DNA from: a virus
Taxonomy: Duplodnaviria > Caudoviricetes
DNA: 39,863 bases
Strand: one strand, 5' to 3'
IMG/VR virus record: IMGVR_UViG_3300020045_002020
Location: 1 to 39,863 of that record
In this document: piece by piece, positions 9,655-19,471 of the stretch
How the letters are laid out: every line of letters begins with the position of its first letter
Position numbering within the stretch: position 1 is the stretch's first letter
The notes under the pieces: generated by a model
The model's input: the letters and a program-made list of their open reading frames with translations, nothing else
Database searches by the model: none
What the model was told of the DNA's origin: nothing
Position numbers and translations under genes: made by a program

Positions 9655-10877
9655 CACAAGTTCTACCACTGACTGGTGAAGTCTCATCTACAAACAGCAC
9701 GAACATACCGCTTGGAGCCGCTGGTGTCTTCACAGGATCATCTTGGGAAAGGACCTTAAACGCCGGTGTCGTATCCATTGCTGTACTAGCCGATCAAGCA
9801 AGCGCAACAGATGGTCTACTTATAGAATGGTCTAATGACGGATCAACTATTATCAGTACAGATACGTTCACCATACCAGTTAATACTGGTAAGACATTTA
9901 CATTCGGGCCTGCTGGGTCGTACGTCAGGGTGACCTACACCAACGGAGCCGTTGCTCAAACATCATTCGCTCTTGAGGTTGTATTCAGACCTTTCTTCGT
10001 TAAGCCTAGTTCTCACAGAGTGTCTGATTCGGTCGTAGGAGAGGACGACGCTGAGCTTGTCAAGGCTGTTATAACAGGCCAGAACCCGTCGTCAGTCTTC
10101 AAAAACGTTAGGGTTAATAACGAGGACGCGTTATCAACGACTGACTTTTTGTTCGAGGCTGCAAGGGGTAGTGTTCAAGGCGTTAAAATGTACTCATTAC
10201 CCGGGCGTAAGAACGCGATCAGCAGTACGGTGTTAGATGATCTTACCCAAATCCCAGGAACCACAGTGGTTCCAGAGCCTGGTGGGATACAACTACAACT
10301 TGTATCAAGTTCAGCATCAGATACCGCAGCAGGAACAGGTATTAGGACAGTTGACCTACACTATTTAGATTCTAATGGTTTAGAACAGGTAGAAGAGATA
10401 ACACTTAATGGAGTTGCTCCAGTTAACACAGTGGCCACCGATATAGATTATGTCCAGTGGGTTCATGCAAAGACTGTAGGAACTGGTGGAGTAGCTGCCG
10501 GAAATATCTCTGTCCAAAGTGTAGGAGGAGCAACTACCTATGAGTACGTAACGGCTGGTGGTAATCAATCACTATCTGCCAAGTACAAGGTACCTAGTGA
10601 TAAAACAGGGTTTATTGTCGGTTGGCAAGCGTCTGGAATAACGAAGAACATAGACCTGAGGCTTAGGGCAACTGTGGAACGGTTTGACCGATCTCTGGTT
10701 CCTGGAGTGTTCCTGTTCCAAGACATTTTAGTGCTGAATGATGCTACCAGTGGGTGGATTCCATTCATGGTTCCTCTCAAGATGCCAGCTGGTGCTGTAG
10801 TTAAGATCTCTGCCATATCATCAGCAGCTGGTGGAGATGCAGCTGGTCAATTTGACATAGTATTGATAGATAATTGA
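9651..10877 (+). CDS. Putative tail-associated structural protein
   Basis: ATGA overlap at 9651; beta-rich, T/S/G/V-rich, apparently two domains. Confidence 0.6.
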   Translation: MTQVLPLTGEVSSTNSTNIPLGAAGVFTGSSWERTLNAGVVSIAVLADQASATDGLLIEWSNDGSTIISTDTFTIPVNTGKTFTFGPAGSYVRVTYTNGAVAQTSFALEVVFRPFFVKPSSHRVSDSVVGEDDAELVKAVITGQNPSSVFKNVRVNNEDALSTTDFLFEAARGSVQGVKMYSLPGRKNAISSTVLDDLTQIPGTTVVPEPGGIQLQLVSSSASDTAAGTGIRTVDLHYLDSNGLEQVEEITLNGVAPVNTVATDIDYVQWVHAKTVGTGGVAAGNISVQSVGGATTYEYVTAGGNQSLSAKYKVPSDKTGFIVGWQASGITKNIDLRLRATVERFDRSLVPGVFLFQDILVLNDATSGWIPFMVPLKMPAGAVVKISAISSAAGGDAAGQFDIVLIDN

Positions 10878-10913
10878 TGTATAAAGACCACAAACAAGGC
10901 GCATACAAGAGGG

Positions 10914-10942
10914 TTTACATCTGTTGGCCAACGTGTTAGGAT
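10914..10942 (+). promoter_or_regulatory. Sigma70-like promoter for the cupin/ejection-protein genes
   Basis: TTTACA-N17-TAGGAT with extended -10 TG; same motif family as the leftward promoters. Confidence 0.7.
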
Positions 10943-11021
10943 CCTATTAATTGTGGTCTAGACCACGATAGCTGAGTCAATAAAGCAGCCAGCAGCTTAA
11001 ACCTACCTTCCGGAGGAAGAG

Positions 11022-11471
11022 ATGCTGGTTCAAAAGAACACCGCAGAACCCACAAAACTCCCTACTCGAGAAGACATCCAGAGCCTTCAGGAAGCCATGC
11101 TTGACTTTCGGTGTGATATGCCGGAAGCAGAACACTTCTTCGCGCCTGGCATGTACGGTCGACGCCTCACTATACCCGCAGGCATGCTTGTCGTGGGTAA
11201 GATACATAAACACTCCCACTTAATGATGGTCCTTAAAGGACGCGCCAAGGTTATCACTGAATTTGGCTTCGATATTGTGGAAGCTGGTCATGTATCTGTC
11301 AGCCAGCCCGGTGCTAAGCGCGTTGTGGAGACTATCGAAGAGACAACCTTCGTCACTGTGCACCACAACCCTGAAGACGTTGAAGATTTGGAAGTCATTG
11401 AAAGGGAACACATCGAAAATGAAGATTTTAAGTTGGAATATCATAAAGATATCCGGAGGTTGACGGTATGA
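11022..11471 (+). CDS. Cupin-fold protein
   Basis: HFFAPGMYGRRLTIPAG...GKIHKHSH...LKG cupin motif. Confidence 0.75.
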   Translation: MLVQKNTAEPTKLPTREDIQSLQEAMLDFRCDMPEAEHFFAPGMYGRRLTIPAGMLVVGKIHKHSHLMMVLKGRAKVITEFGFDIVEAGHVSVSQPGAKRVVETIEETTFVTVHHNPEDVEDLEVIEREHIENEDFKLEYHKDIRRLTV

Positions 11472-12157
11472 CATGGGGAAATGTTGCAGTTGCAGGTGCT
11501 ACTATAGTCTCTGGGTACATGGGTTCGAAAGCCCAATCAAAAGCAGTTAAACAATCAGGCCAAGGTACTGATTCCGCTATAGCAGAACAGCGACGCCAGT
11601 TTGATGCGTTGCAAGAACTTCTGGCTCCATACGCAGAAGGTGGCGAAGAGGCTCTACTAGCACAGCGTAACTTGATAGGTTTGGGTGGTACTGAGAAACA
11701 ACAGACTGCCATAGATCAACTCGAGCAATCTCCTTTCTTCCAATCTCAGTTGGAACAGGGAGAAGAAGCTATACTTGCGAACGCCTCAGCGACAGGAGGT
11801 CTTCGTGGAGGTAACATACAAGGAGCACTCGCTAGGTTCAGGCCAAGTCTACTTGCAGAAGCTATTCAACAACAGTTCGCCAATCTTGGTGGGTTAACTA
11901 CTCTAGGTCAGAACGCAGCCGCAGGTACCGGAGCTGCTGGTATGGCGATGGCGGCCAACGTTGGAAATCTGCAGACTCAAGCTGCGAACACCAGAGCTGC
12001 TGGAACCCTAGGTAGACAACAGACCATCACCGACACTCTAGGAACTTTAGCCGGTATTGCTTCGGCACCAGCTGGAGGCGGAGGCGGAGGCGGAGGCGGA
12101 GGCGGAGGCGGGAAATCAGGTGGTGGGTTACTAGGTAAGATGGGAGGTTTATTCTAA
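11468..12157 (+). CDS. DNA ejection protein (P22 gp7-like)
   Basis: ANASATGGLRGGN motif, Gly/Ala/Gln-rich, position. Confidence 0.8.
   Translation: MTWGNVAVAGATIVSGYMGSKAQSKAVKQSGQGTDSAIAEQRRQFDALQELLAPYAEGGEEALLAQRNLIGLGGTEKQQTAIDQLEQSPFFQSQLEQGEEAILANASATGGLRGGNIQGALARFRPSLLAEAIQQQFANLGGLTTLGQNAAAGTGAAGMAMAANVGNLQTQAANTRAAGTLGRQQTITDTLGTLAGIASAPAGGGGGGGGGGGGGKSGGGLLGKMGGLF
12074..12109 (+). repeat. (GGAGGC)6 tandem repeat encoding poly-Gly
   Basis: Six perfect hexamers in frame in the gp7-like gene. Confidence 0.9.
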
Positions 12158-13410
12158 TGGCTATTGACTTTAATCTTCGAAGCCCAGCAGATGCAATTAC
12201 GCAAGGGTTGTTACTCGGCACTGTCATTCGAAGCGCAGAGCAGCAGGTAGCTACCCAACAGGCAGATAAACAACGTCAGCTTCAGATGCAGGATGATATT
12301 ACCACAGTGACGTCTAAAGAATCTCCTACAGCTAGTGACTACGCTAAGCTTACAACTAAGTACCCAGAATTCAATGAAGCCTTTAGTAAGGCTTGGGGTA
12401 TGCTGGACAAAGACCAACAGAACAACAGAATCACGCAGGTGTCAAATGTCTACGCCGCCCTTGAAGCTGGTAAGCCAGACGTAGCTAAGCAACAATTAGA
12501 ACTGCAAGCTCGTGCCGCTGAGAATTCAGGAGACCAATCTTCTGCTAAGGCGGCACGTGTCATGATTGGGCTTATCGATAGCAGCCCAACCACAGCCAAG
12601 ACGTCAGTTGCCCTGCGACTATCCTCTATGATGGGTCCAGAAGAATTCACCAACACATTCACCAAGCTTCAGTCTGAGCGCCGTGAAGCAGCTCTTGATC
12701 CGAGTAAACTAACTGAAGCCCAGGCCAAAGCGAAGAAAGCTGCTGTCGAAGCTGATTTTGCAGAATCACAAGGTGCTTTAGATCTTCAGAAGAAGGGTTG
12801 GGACATCTTCAAGATTCAAGAAGACGTTAAGATCTCCAAGGAGAATAGTAAAATAGCTGCCCTTAACGCCAACCTTACTCGTGAGAGTAATGCCATCAAG
12901 CGCGATGAGATGAAGGTAAAGCTTGAAGAATTGGAGAGAGGACGCGACGAAGCAGTCCGTGCTAAGGTGGCTGACGTAGAATCTGCTAACTCCAACATAG
13001 ACAACATGTTGACCACAGCTGATAGACTTTTAAAGGTTCCAGTTAATGTCATGGAATCTGCGATGGGACCTGTTGCTTCTAGACTTCCAACTGTGAGCCA
13101 AGCAGTTGCCGACTTCGAAGTTCTTATTGAGAATCTAGATGCTCAATCGTTCCTTGCACAGATACCTAACATGAAAGGTCTTGGTGCTTTGTCCGATGCT
13201 GAAGGTAAGAAACTTGGTTCAGCGTTACAAAACTTTGGCCTCAAACAATCACCAACCCAGTTGATAAAGAACATTCAAGAGGCTCAGCGATTACTTCTTA
13301 AAGCCAGGTCTAATATTTCTGCTCGCCACGGTGTTCCTGAAACCATTCCAGACACGCCGGAAGCCGACACGAGCAGCGTCGATGACTTAATCTCCAAGTA
13401 TGGAGGCTAG
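12157..13410 (+). CDS. DNA ejection protein (gp20-like position)
   Basis: Helical/coiled coil; MKGLGALSDAEGKKL motif typical of podovirus ejection proteins. Confidence 0.72.
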   Translation: MAIDFNLRSPADAITQGLLLGTVIRSAEQQVATQQADKQRQLQMQDDITTVTSKESPTASDYAKLTTKYPEFNEAFSKAWGMLDKDQQNNRITQVSNVYAALEAGKPDVAKQQLELQARAAENSGDQSSAKAARVMIGLIDSSPTTAKTSVALRLSSMMGPEEFTNTFTKLQSERREAALDPSKLTEAQAKAKKAAVEADFAESQGALDLQKKGWDIFKIQEDVKISKENSKIAALNANLTRESNAIKRDEMKVKLEELERGRDEAVRAKVADVESANSNIDNMLTTADRLLKVPVNVMESAMGPVASRLPTVSQAVADFEVLIENLDAQSFLAQIPNMKGLGALSDAEGKKLGSALQNFGLKQSPTQLIKNIQEAQRLLLKARSNISARHGVPETIPDTPEADTSSVDDLISKYGG

Positions 13411-13414
13411 TTAC

Positions 13415-15385
13415 ATGGCAACCCTTCAAGAAATGGAGAGAGCCTTAATTGGTGCTGACAAGGCTGGTGACACAGATGCCGCTCGCCGATTAGCTGCAGC
13501 CATCACCCAAGAGCGTGGCCGTATGGAAGCAGATCCAACATCTGCTCTGGACGTGATCCCAGGTGTTGGCGGTGAGATGCAGATACCTGAACTCAGACAA
13601 CAACAACAACAACCTGAAGAACAGGGATTTGGTGATCAAATTATCGGCGCAGGTGAAGCTGCTTTGACTACAGCAACAGGAGCTACATCTGGCACAGTCG
13701 GGATGATTGGTAACACCCTAAAGCAACTAGCTGATGAGATGCTTAAAGGCGAATTCGGTTCAGCTGAGTCTGCCCAACGAGTCCAACGAGCATCTCAGGA
13801 AGGTATGGAAGCACTAACCTACGCCCCACGAACTGAAGCTGGCCAAGACATAGTTCAAACCATCGGTGAAGTAACTGCACCACTTGCTGGAGCAATACCA
13901 CTCGCCTCTGAGATGCAGGCAGCCGGGGCTGGGGCCAGAGCAGTTGCGCCAATCGCCAGAACTACCGCCCAGCGAGTTTCAGCTCCTGCAGTTTCCGCTG
14001 CTATGAAAGTTAGAGAGCGCATCAGTGAAGCAACCCCAAGTAAGAAGTCAACTGCTGGCACTGCTCCGTCTGCTGGTGCTGCAGGTGTTGATGTCTCCAC
14101 TCTGCGCCAAGCTCAGGCGGATGAACTACCAATACCGGTCAAACTAACTAAGGGCCAGAAGACTCGGAAGTTTGAAGATGTTCGCTTTGAAAGAGAGACC
14201 GCTAAAGATCCTGAGAAAGGTGTTGAGATCCGCCAACGGTTTGAAGAGCAAAATGAACAGCTACTGGGTAACCTTGACGCTTTCATTGATGAAACTGGAT
14301 CTCAGATTTCTGATCTTCGTGGTATCGGTGAAATTGTTGATAAGTCTCTGCGCCAAAGAGCTACGAAAGATAAGGTTAGAATTCGTACTCTCTATAAGGA
14401 AGCTGAGAAAGCGGGTGAGATGGAAGAGCCTGTAGAATTAGAAGGATTGATAACTGTGCTCAACGAATCTAGATCTGCTGAATCTACAGCTCCAGTCTTA
14501 GTAGCTGCACGTAAAGAACTCGTAAGGTTGGGCGGTGCTGTTGAAGATGAGGAAGGCAATTTGGTTGTCAAGACTTCATCGACATCTACTAAACCAATCA
14601 CTGAGCCAGTGATTACCGGTAGCGGCATGACACTAAACAACGTTGAGCAACTTCGGAAGTTTGTCAATAAAGTCGCCGGGAACGACCCTACCAACATAAA
14701 ATTCGCAGGCGATATAAAACGAGCTATAGACGCTGCAACAGAAGGCAAAGGTGGAAATCTATACAAACAGGCTCGAGCCGCCAGAGCCAAATACGCCATG
14801 GACTACGAAAACACAGGGCTAGTTAAACGCCTGTTAAATACTAAACGAGGCTCTGAAGACCGCGCCATCGCTCTTGAAGATGTTCTACGTAAGTCTATAC
14901 TTGATCCAGGAACTTCGCTCGATGACGTGAGACAAGTTAGAAGACTCCTCCAAACTAAAGGTGGTCCTGAGGCTTCTGGCAAACAAGCTTGGAAGGAACT
15001 GCAAGGTGGAACACTTCGTCACATCCAAGAGCAAATCACCAAAAACATACAGATAGATCAACGAGGCAATCGTATCCTATCTCCTGCTGCTCTTGATCGT
15101 CAGATCACTCAGCTTGATAAGACTGGGAAGTTAGACTTCGTCTTCGGTAAGAAAGGAGCTGAACAACTCAGGACTATCAATGAAGTGGCTCAGACAGTTC
15201 TGACTTCACCGCCTGGTACCATCAACCATAGTAACACAGCATCGGTTTTGGCAGGACTTATGGACGTTGCCATGACAGGAGTTACAGGCATCCCAGCTCC
15301 AATCGCGACAAGTTTTAGATTACTAACCGGTTCCGTCAAAGACGCAAAACTCAAAGCTAAAATCAAGCAGGCACTAGGAGAGTAG
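13415..15385 (+). CDS. DNA ejection protein (gp16-like position)
   Basis: About 656 aa, helical; GGAGG RBS favours the ATG at 13415. Confidence 0.7.
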   Translation: MATLQEMERALIGADKAGDTDAARRLAAAITQERGRMEADPTSALDVIPGVGGEMQIPELRQQQQQPEEQGFGDQIIGAGEAALTTATGATSGTVGMIGNTLKQLADEMLKGEFGSAESAQRVQRASQEGMEALTYAPRTEAGQDIVQTIGEVTAPLAGAIPLASEMQAAGAGARAVAPIARTTAQRVSAPAVSAAMKVRERISEATPSKKSTAGTAPSAGAAGVDVSTLRQAQADELPIPVKLTKGQKTRKFEDVRFERETAKDPEKGVEIRQRFEEQNEQLLGNLDAFIDETGSQISDLRGIGEIVDKSLRQRATKDKVRIRTLYKEAEKAGEMEEPVELEGLITVLNESRSAESTAPVLVAARKELVRLGGAVEDEEGNLVVKTSSTSTKPITEPVITGSGMTLNNVEQLRKFVNKVAGNDPTNIKFAGDIKRAIDAATEGKGGNLYKQARAARAKYAMDYENTGLVKRLLNTKRGSEDRAIALEDVLRKSILDPGTSLDDVRQVRRLLQTKGGPEASGKQAWKELQGGTLRHIQEQITKNIQIDQRGNRILSPAALDRQITQLDKTGKLDFVFGKKGAEQLRTINEVAQTVLTSPPGTINHSNTASVLAGLMDVAMTGVTGIPAPIATSFRLLTGSVKDAKLKAKIKQALGE

Positions 15386-15387
15386 CT

Positions 15388-17463
15388 ATGTCCGTTGTTC
15401 AAGCGCCGTACTCAGTATTTTTAGACACTTTTGGCAACCCAGTAGAATCTGGATTCCTGTACTTCGGAACCGAGAACAAGAATCCTAAAGTAGAGAGCAA
15501 CCGAATCACCGTCTACTGGGATTCTAGTTTCACTACTCCAGCCGCACAACCAGTTAGGACGTTGTCAGGAGTACCAGTAAGAAACGGGTCTCCTGCCAAT
15601 ATACATGTTAAGGAGACAAAAATCTCCGTTAGTGTCTACGATAAAAATGACGTGTTGTTAAATTCAGAACTGTCATTTCAACTATGTTTGCCGTCATCAA
15701 TTGGATCTAGACAACCATTCCCTACACTAGCCGCTTTTAGAGCTGCAGTTGATCTATATGAAGGAGAAGTAGTACACATATTAGACCGCCCAGCACCATA
15801 TCTAATGCGGGCTGTAACTGCCGCAGCAGATGATGGCGGCAGCGTTATCAAGTCCACTGGCGTACCAGCCCTTGAAGGTGTTGCACAGTTTGTTACTGAT
15901 GTTTATACTTCAAATCAGTGGGGGCTGACAGGTGCTTCAACAGGTGAATCAGTGAAGGCTCAGGCAGCTATTAATTACATCACTTCTGTTGGTGGTGGAA
16001 CCTTCGTTATTACTGGGACTCCCACAGCTACTTATTATCTTAATGTTGTTATTCCCTCGAATGTCCATATATGTGGTGGTCATAGGGGGGTCACTATTAA
16101 GCCAGAAACAAATACAGCAGTGATTAAATTATCACAGACGGATAATTGTGTACGCAGTAAGATCTCAAATCTTATTATTGATGGTACAACAACTAAAGCA
16201 ACATTTACTTCTCAAGACGGTATTTTGTTGCAACCAGCTTCTTCCTATTTTCATGATTCGATAACAATCGAAGATTGTCATGTTAAAGACTGTGGGCGTT
16301 ATGGAATAGCGGCTATTGGTGTAAAACCTACCGCACCATCCCAGTTTGTACAGCACCTGTCAGTTTATAGAACAAAGATCACAGACTGTATTGGAGCTGG
16401 GTTGAAAATTCAAGGGACGGTCCTCGAGACCTATATTGAAGCATGTAATATAAATGACAATGGGGATAAAAATACTTCTAGTAACTCGAACGTCACTATT
16501 CATTTAAATGGATCTGAAGCTCCTTTGAGAGTTAAGGTTTTAAGTGGTGTTATAAACACAACTATTTACGGTGCTTTAGGGTACTCTGTTGCAGTTTTAG
16601 GTGGGAAACATATCTCTTTTGACAGTATTGATTTTGAGAATTTTAACTCTGCATTTTTATTACAAAACGCTTTAAATGAAAACATTGCAGTAAGAAATTG
16701 CAATTTTACCAAAAATGGCTCTGTTTCAAGTGTTGCTGAACTATTAGATGTAAATGGTTTTATTTGGGAGAACAATAACATTGCAGATGCAATTACTGCA
16801 GCAGCTGGAATAACAATAGGGGCTTCTGCTACAAGAGTTAAGAACTATCTAATTAGCCCTGTGAACAGTTGGGGTGGCCTCACAACTCCTCTATCAGCTC
16901 AAGCAGCTGCTACAATTAGCAACGGAGTTGTTTCGCTCACGAAGCATGGAGGTATTCAGAAAGTCTTAGGGCAAGGATCAGTAGCTGACGATTTGTATTC
17001 CCTTTTTGGGAGTGAAGGTGGAATTGCAGAAATTGTAGATGGAACAATCATCTCTTTGCAATCATCTAATAATACTGCCGACGTTACTATAAAAGATTCT
17101 GTTAGCATAACTTCAAGAACTATCACTGGTATTACACAAGCTAGCCCAGCGGTTGTTACCTCAACTGGTCACGGATATCCAAATGGTACTGCCGTCTACA
17201 TTTCTGGTGTTTTGGGGATGACTGAAATAAATAACGGTGTTTATATTGTAGCAAATACTGCTGCAAATACTTATGAATTAACTGGAATCAACTCTACATC
17301 CTACACAGCTTATACTTCTGGGGGTACCTCAGAAACTCCAAAAGGCAAGTTTCATTGTGCTGGAGATTTTACTCTATCACACAAGCAAGATAGGATCGCT
17401 TTTCAGTGGGATCAAACTGAAGCCGCTTGGTGTGAAATAAGTAGATCTGATAATACAGCATAA
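15388..17463 (+). CDS. Tailspike / receptor-binding protein with P22-like head-binding domain and beta-helix
   Basis: N-terminal PYSVFLDTFGNPVESGFLYFG...AAQPVRT; Asn/Ile-rich beta-helix repeats; AT-rich distal part. Confidence 0.85.
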   Translation: MSVVQAPYSVFLDTFGNPVESGFLYFGTENKNPKVESNRITVYWDSSFTTPAAQPVRTLSGVPVRNGSPANIHVKETKISVSVYDKNDVLLNSELSFQLCLPSSIGSRQPFPTLAAFRAAVDLYEGEVVHILDRPAPYLMRAVTAAADDGGSVIKSTGVPALEGVAQFVTDVYTSNQWGLTGASTGESVKAQAAINYITSVGGGTFVITGTPTATYYLNVVIPSNVHICGGHRGVTIKPETNTAVIKLSQTDNCVRSKISNLIIDGTTTKATFTSQDGILLQPASSYFHDSITIEDCHVKDCGRYGIAAIGVKPTAPSQFVQHLSVYRTKITDCIGAGLKIQGTVLETYIEACNINDNGDKNTSSNSNVTIHLNGSEAPLRVKVLSGVINTTIYGALGYSVAVLGGKHISFDSIDFENFNSAFLLQNALNENIAVRNCNFTKNGSVSSVAELLDVNGFIWENNNIADAITAAAGITIGASATRVKNYLISPVNSWGGLTTPLSAQAAATISNGVVSLTKHGGIQKVLGQGSVADDLYSLFGSEGGIAEIVDGTIISLQSSNNTADVTIKDSVSITSRTITGITQASPAVVTSTGHGYPNGTAVYISGVLGMTEINNGVYIVANTAANTYELTGINSTSYTAYTSGGTSETPKGKFHCAGDFTLSHKQDRIAFQWDQTEAAWCEISRSDNTA

Positions 17464-17730
17464 TGATTTGCAAGAGATTAAAATAAATGAGCCACGCAAC
17501 CGTAGATAAAATCCTTCCCGTGCATCCGGGTCTTATATCCCTTTATACAAAGGCAATGAATAATCTTTATGCTTATGTTGGTGCAGCTACTCAATGGACT
17601 GGAATCCGCCAAGATTCGAGAAAATTGGTTATAAAGGGGTTCAACGGTGGGAACGGGCATACTGGATATGATGCTATATTTGCTGCTGGTGCAGAATGTA
17701 TTGTAAATCTTTTTCTGGATATTAACTATT

Positions 17731-17988
17731 ATGGAACCACAGTCTCTAATCAATTGGGTTTTAGGTTTATTTGGCATGATCATAGGTTTCTTGGTGAGGA
17801 CTGTGTGGCAAGCTGTGAAAGATCTGCAAAAAACAGACAAGGAATTGGCTGATAAAGTTAATTCCATAGAAGTACTTGTTGCAGGCCAGTACGTGCGGCA
17901 AGACGATTTTCGCCGGATGTCAGAAGCTATATTCAAGAAATTGGATAGGATAGAAGATAAACTTGACGGCAAGGCGGATAAAGAATGA
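17731..17988 (+). CDS. Holin-like membrane protein
   Basis: One N-terminal transmembrane segment plus coiled coil; first gene of the lysis cassette. Confidence 0.6.
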   Translation: MEPQSLINWVLGLFGMIIGFLVRTVWQAVKDLQKTDKELADKVNSIEVLVAGQYVRQDDFRRMSEAIFKKLDRIEDKLDGKADKE

Positions 17989-18491
17989 GCTTTGACTGGA
18001 AGAAGACGCTCGCCACAGTAGCCCCAACTATAGCTGCTGCCATTGGTGGGCCTGTTGCTGGTGTTGCTGTGAAGATGGCGGCGGATGCACTAGGCGTCGA
18101 GGCGGACGAATCGGCTATCAGCCAAGCATTAGCGTCTGGAGACCCTGATGTTTTACTCAAGCTTAAGGTCGCCGAACAAGACTTCTTGGCAAAGATGGAA
18201 GAACTTGGGATAGAGCGAGAGCGCCTATCGGTTGATAATACTAAGTCTGCCAGGACGATGCAGATAGAAGCGAAGTCTTTAGTGCCTGCCATTTTGTCCA
18301 TTGCCACAATAGGTGGGTTCTTTACGTTACTAATCGGAGCTGCCTTCTTCGGCGTCCAACTGACTGGCGACGACGTGATGATGCTGCTTCTAGGAGTATT
18401 AGCCCGAGAGACTGCGAGTGTTTATAACTTCTGGCTTGGGTCCAGTTATAGCAGTAAACAGAAAACTGATTTATTGGGGAAGGTCAAATGA
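17985..18491 (+). CDS. Holin-like protein (3TM type)
   Basis: Hydrophobic segments; C-terminal NFWLGSS motif. Confidence 0.65.
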   Translation: MSFDWKKTLATVAPTIAAAIGGPVAGVAVKMAADALGVEADESAISQALASGDPDVLLKLKVAEQDFLAKMEELGIERERLSVDNTKSARTMQIEAKSLVPAILSIATIGGFFTLLIGAAFFGVQLTGDDVMMLLLGVLARETASVYNFWLGSSYSSKQKTDLLGKVK

Positions 18492-18895
18492 ATATCAAAA
18501 TAGATTCTTGGAACCAGGATGATTGCACGCTCGGCCGTCTTTCATACGGGCCGTTCCACTGCTTCACATTAGAGCTGCCGTGGCTTGGGAATAGTAGAAG
18601 TGTATCGTGCATCCCGTCAGGAAAGTACAAGGCCACAAAGTACGAGTCCCCAAAGCATGGAACTGTGCTACTTCTCCACAATGTACCTAACCGGTCTTAC
18701 ATCGAGATACACGCTGGGAATTATACCCGCCAGATCGAAGGTTGCATTCTTGTGGGGCAGAGCATTACGTACTTGGATAGAGATGATGTACCAGATGTTA
18801 CGAACTCTAAGACCGCATTAGCAGAGCTATTAGCTATCATTCCTGACGAGGTGGCTGTAGAGATAACCAGAACTGCTAGCAAACTCTTGCAGTAA
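18488..18895 (+). CDS. DUF5675-like protein, candidate endolysin
   Basis: TLGRL...CFTLELPW...SCIPSG.Y...IHAGN...EGCILVG motifs; follows the holins. Confidence 0.72.
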   Translation: MNIKIDSWNQDDCTLGRLSYGPFHCFTLELPWLGNSRSVSCIPSGKYKATKYESPKHGTVLLLHNVPNRSYIEIHAGNYTRQIEGCILVGQSITYLDRDDVPDVTNSKTALAELLAIIPDEVAVEITRTASKLLQ

Positions 18896-18914
18896 CCACG
18901 ATTCTAGATAGTAT

Positions 18915-18956
18915 CTAGCCTAGACTTAGGAAACTACCATCGTAAGTCTAGGCTAG
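18915..18956. terminator. Stem-loop between the convergent arms (likely bidirectional terminator)
   Basis: CTAGCCTAGACTTA / TAAGTCTAGGCTAG 14-bp perfect inverted repeat. Confidence 0.7.
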
Positions 18957-18979
18957 CTTAGAACGCGATCCTGAACGTC

Positions 18980-19471
18980 CTACCCAAGATCAGATTGGTT
19001 ATATTTTAACCAAGACCTACCTGAAGACTCCCACAAAGTCTTAGCATCACCATGTGGATACTCTTCCAAAAAAATGACGCGTTCACACCCAGTATTGAGA
19101 AGCAGCTTAGTACAGGTTACGCATGGACTGGCTGTCGCGTATGCCGTGTGGATCTCGTAGACATCCTTGCACTGGAGCAAAGCATTCTGCTCTGCGTGGA
19201 TCGCCTGGCAAGCATCCAGATTCGTACCACTAGGAGAGTTTGCACCTGGACAAGCATTGGGGTAGTAATGCTCCACATTGTTCATGGTATCTGCTTGAAG
19301 CTTACGCTCATTACAATGCGGAAGCCCAGCAGCGACTCCGTTGAACCCAGTGGCGATCACATGACCTCGCTTATTCAGTAGCGCACACCCAACTTTACGA
19401 CGGCAGCATGTAGACCGTTGAGCAGTCAGAAGTGCCAGGCCAATTGCCCATGCGTGTCTTGAAGGTCTCAT
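18980..19471 (-). CDS. dCMP deaminase
   Basis: RSTC.RRKVG, TGFNG, HAEQNAL and SPCVTC zinc motifs; ATGA overlap places the start at 19471. Confidence 0.92.
   Translation of the reverse strand: MRPSRHAWAIGLALLTAQRSTCCRRKVGCALLNKRGHVIATGFNGVAAGLPHCNERKLQADTMNNVEHYYPNACPGANSPSGTNLDACQAIHAEQNALLQCKDVYEIHTAYATASPCVTCTKLLLNTGCERVIFLEEYPHGDAKTLWESSGRSWLKYNQSDLG

Noticed and set aside
13598-13612. (CAA)5 repeat in the gp16-like gene
   Set aside because: Short poly-Gln linker; unremarkable.
15388-17463. Diversity-generating retroelement target
   Set aside because: No reverse transcriptase and no template/variable repeat pair seen.
655-18307. Numerous minus-strand ORFs over the virion genes (and plus-strand ORFs over the replication arm)
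   Set aside because: Shadow frames of well-supported genes, without RBS or recognisable motifs.
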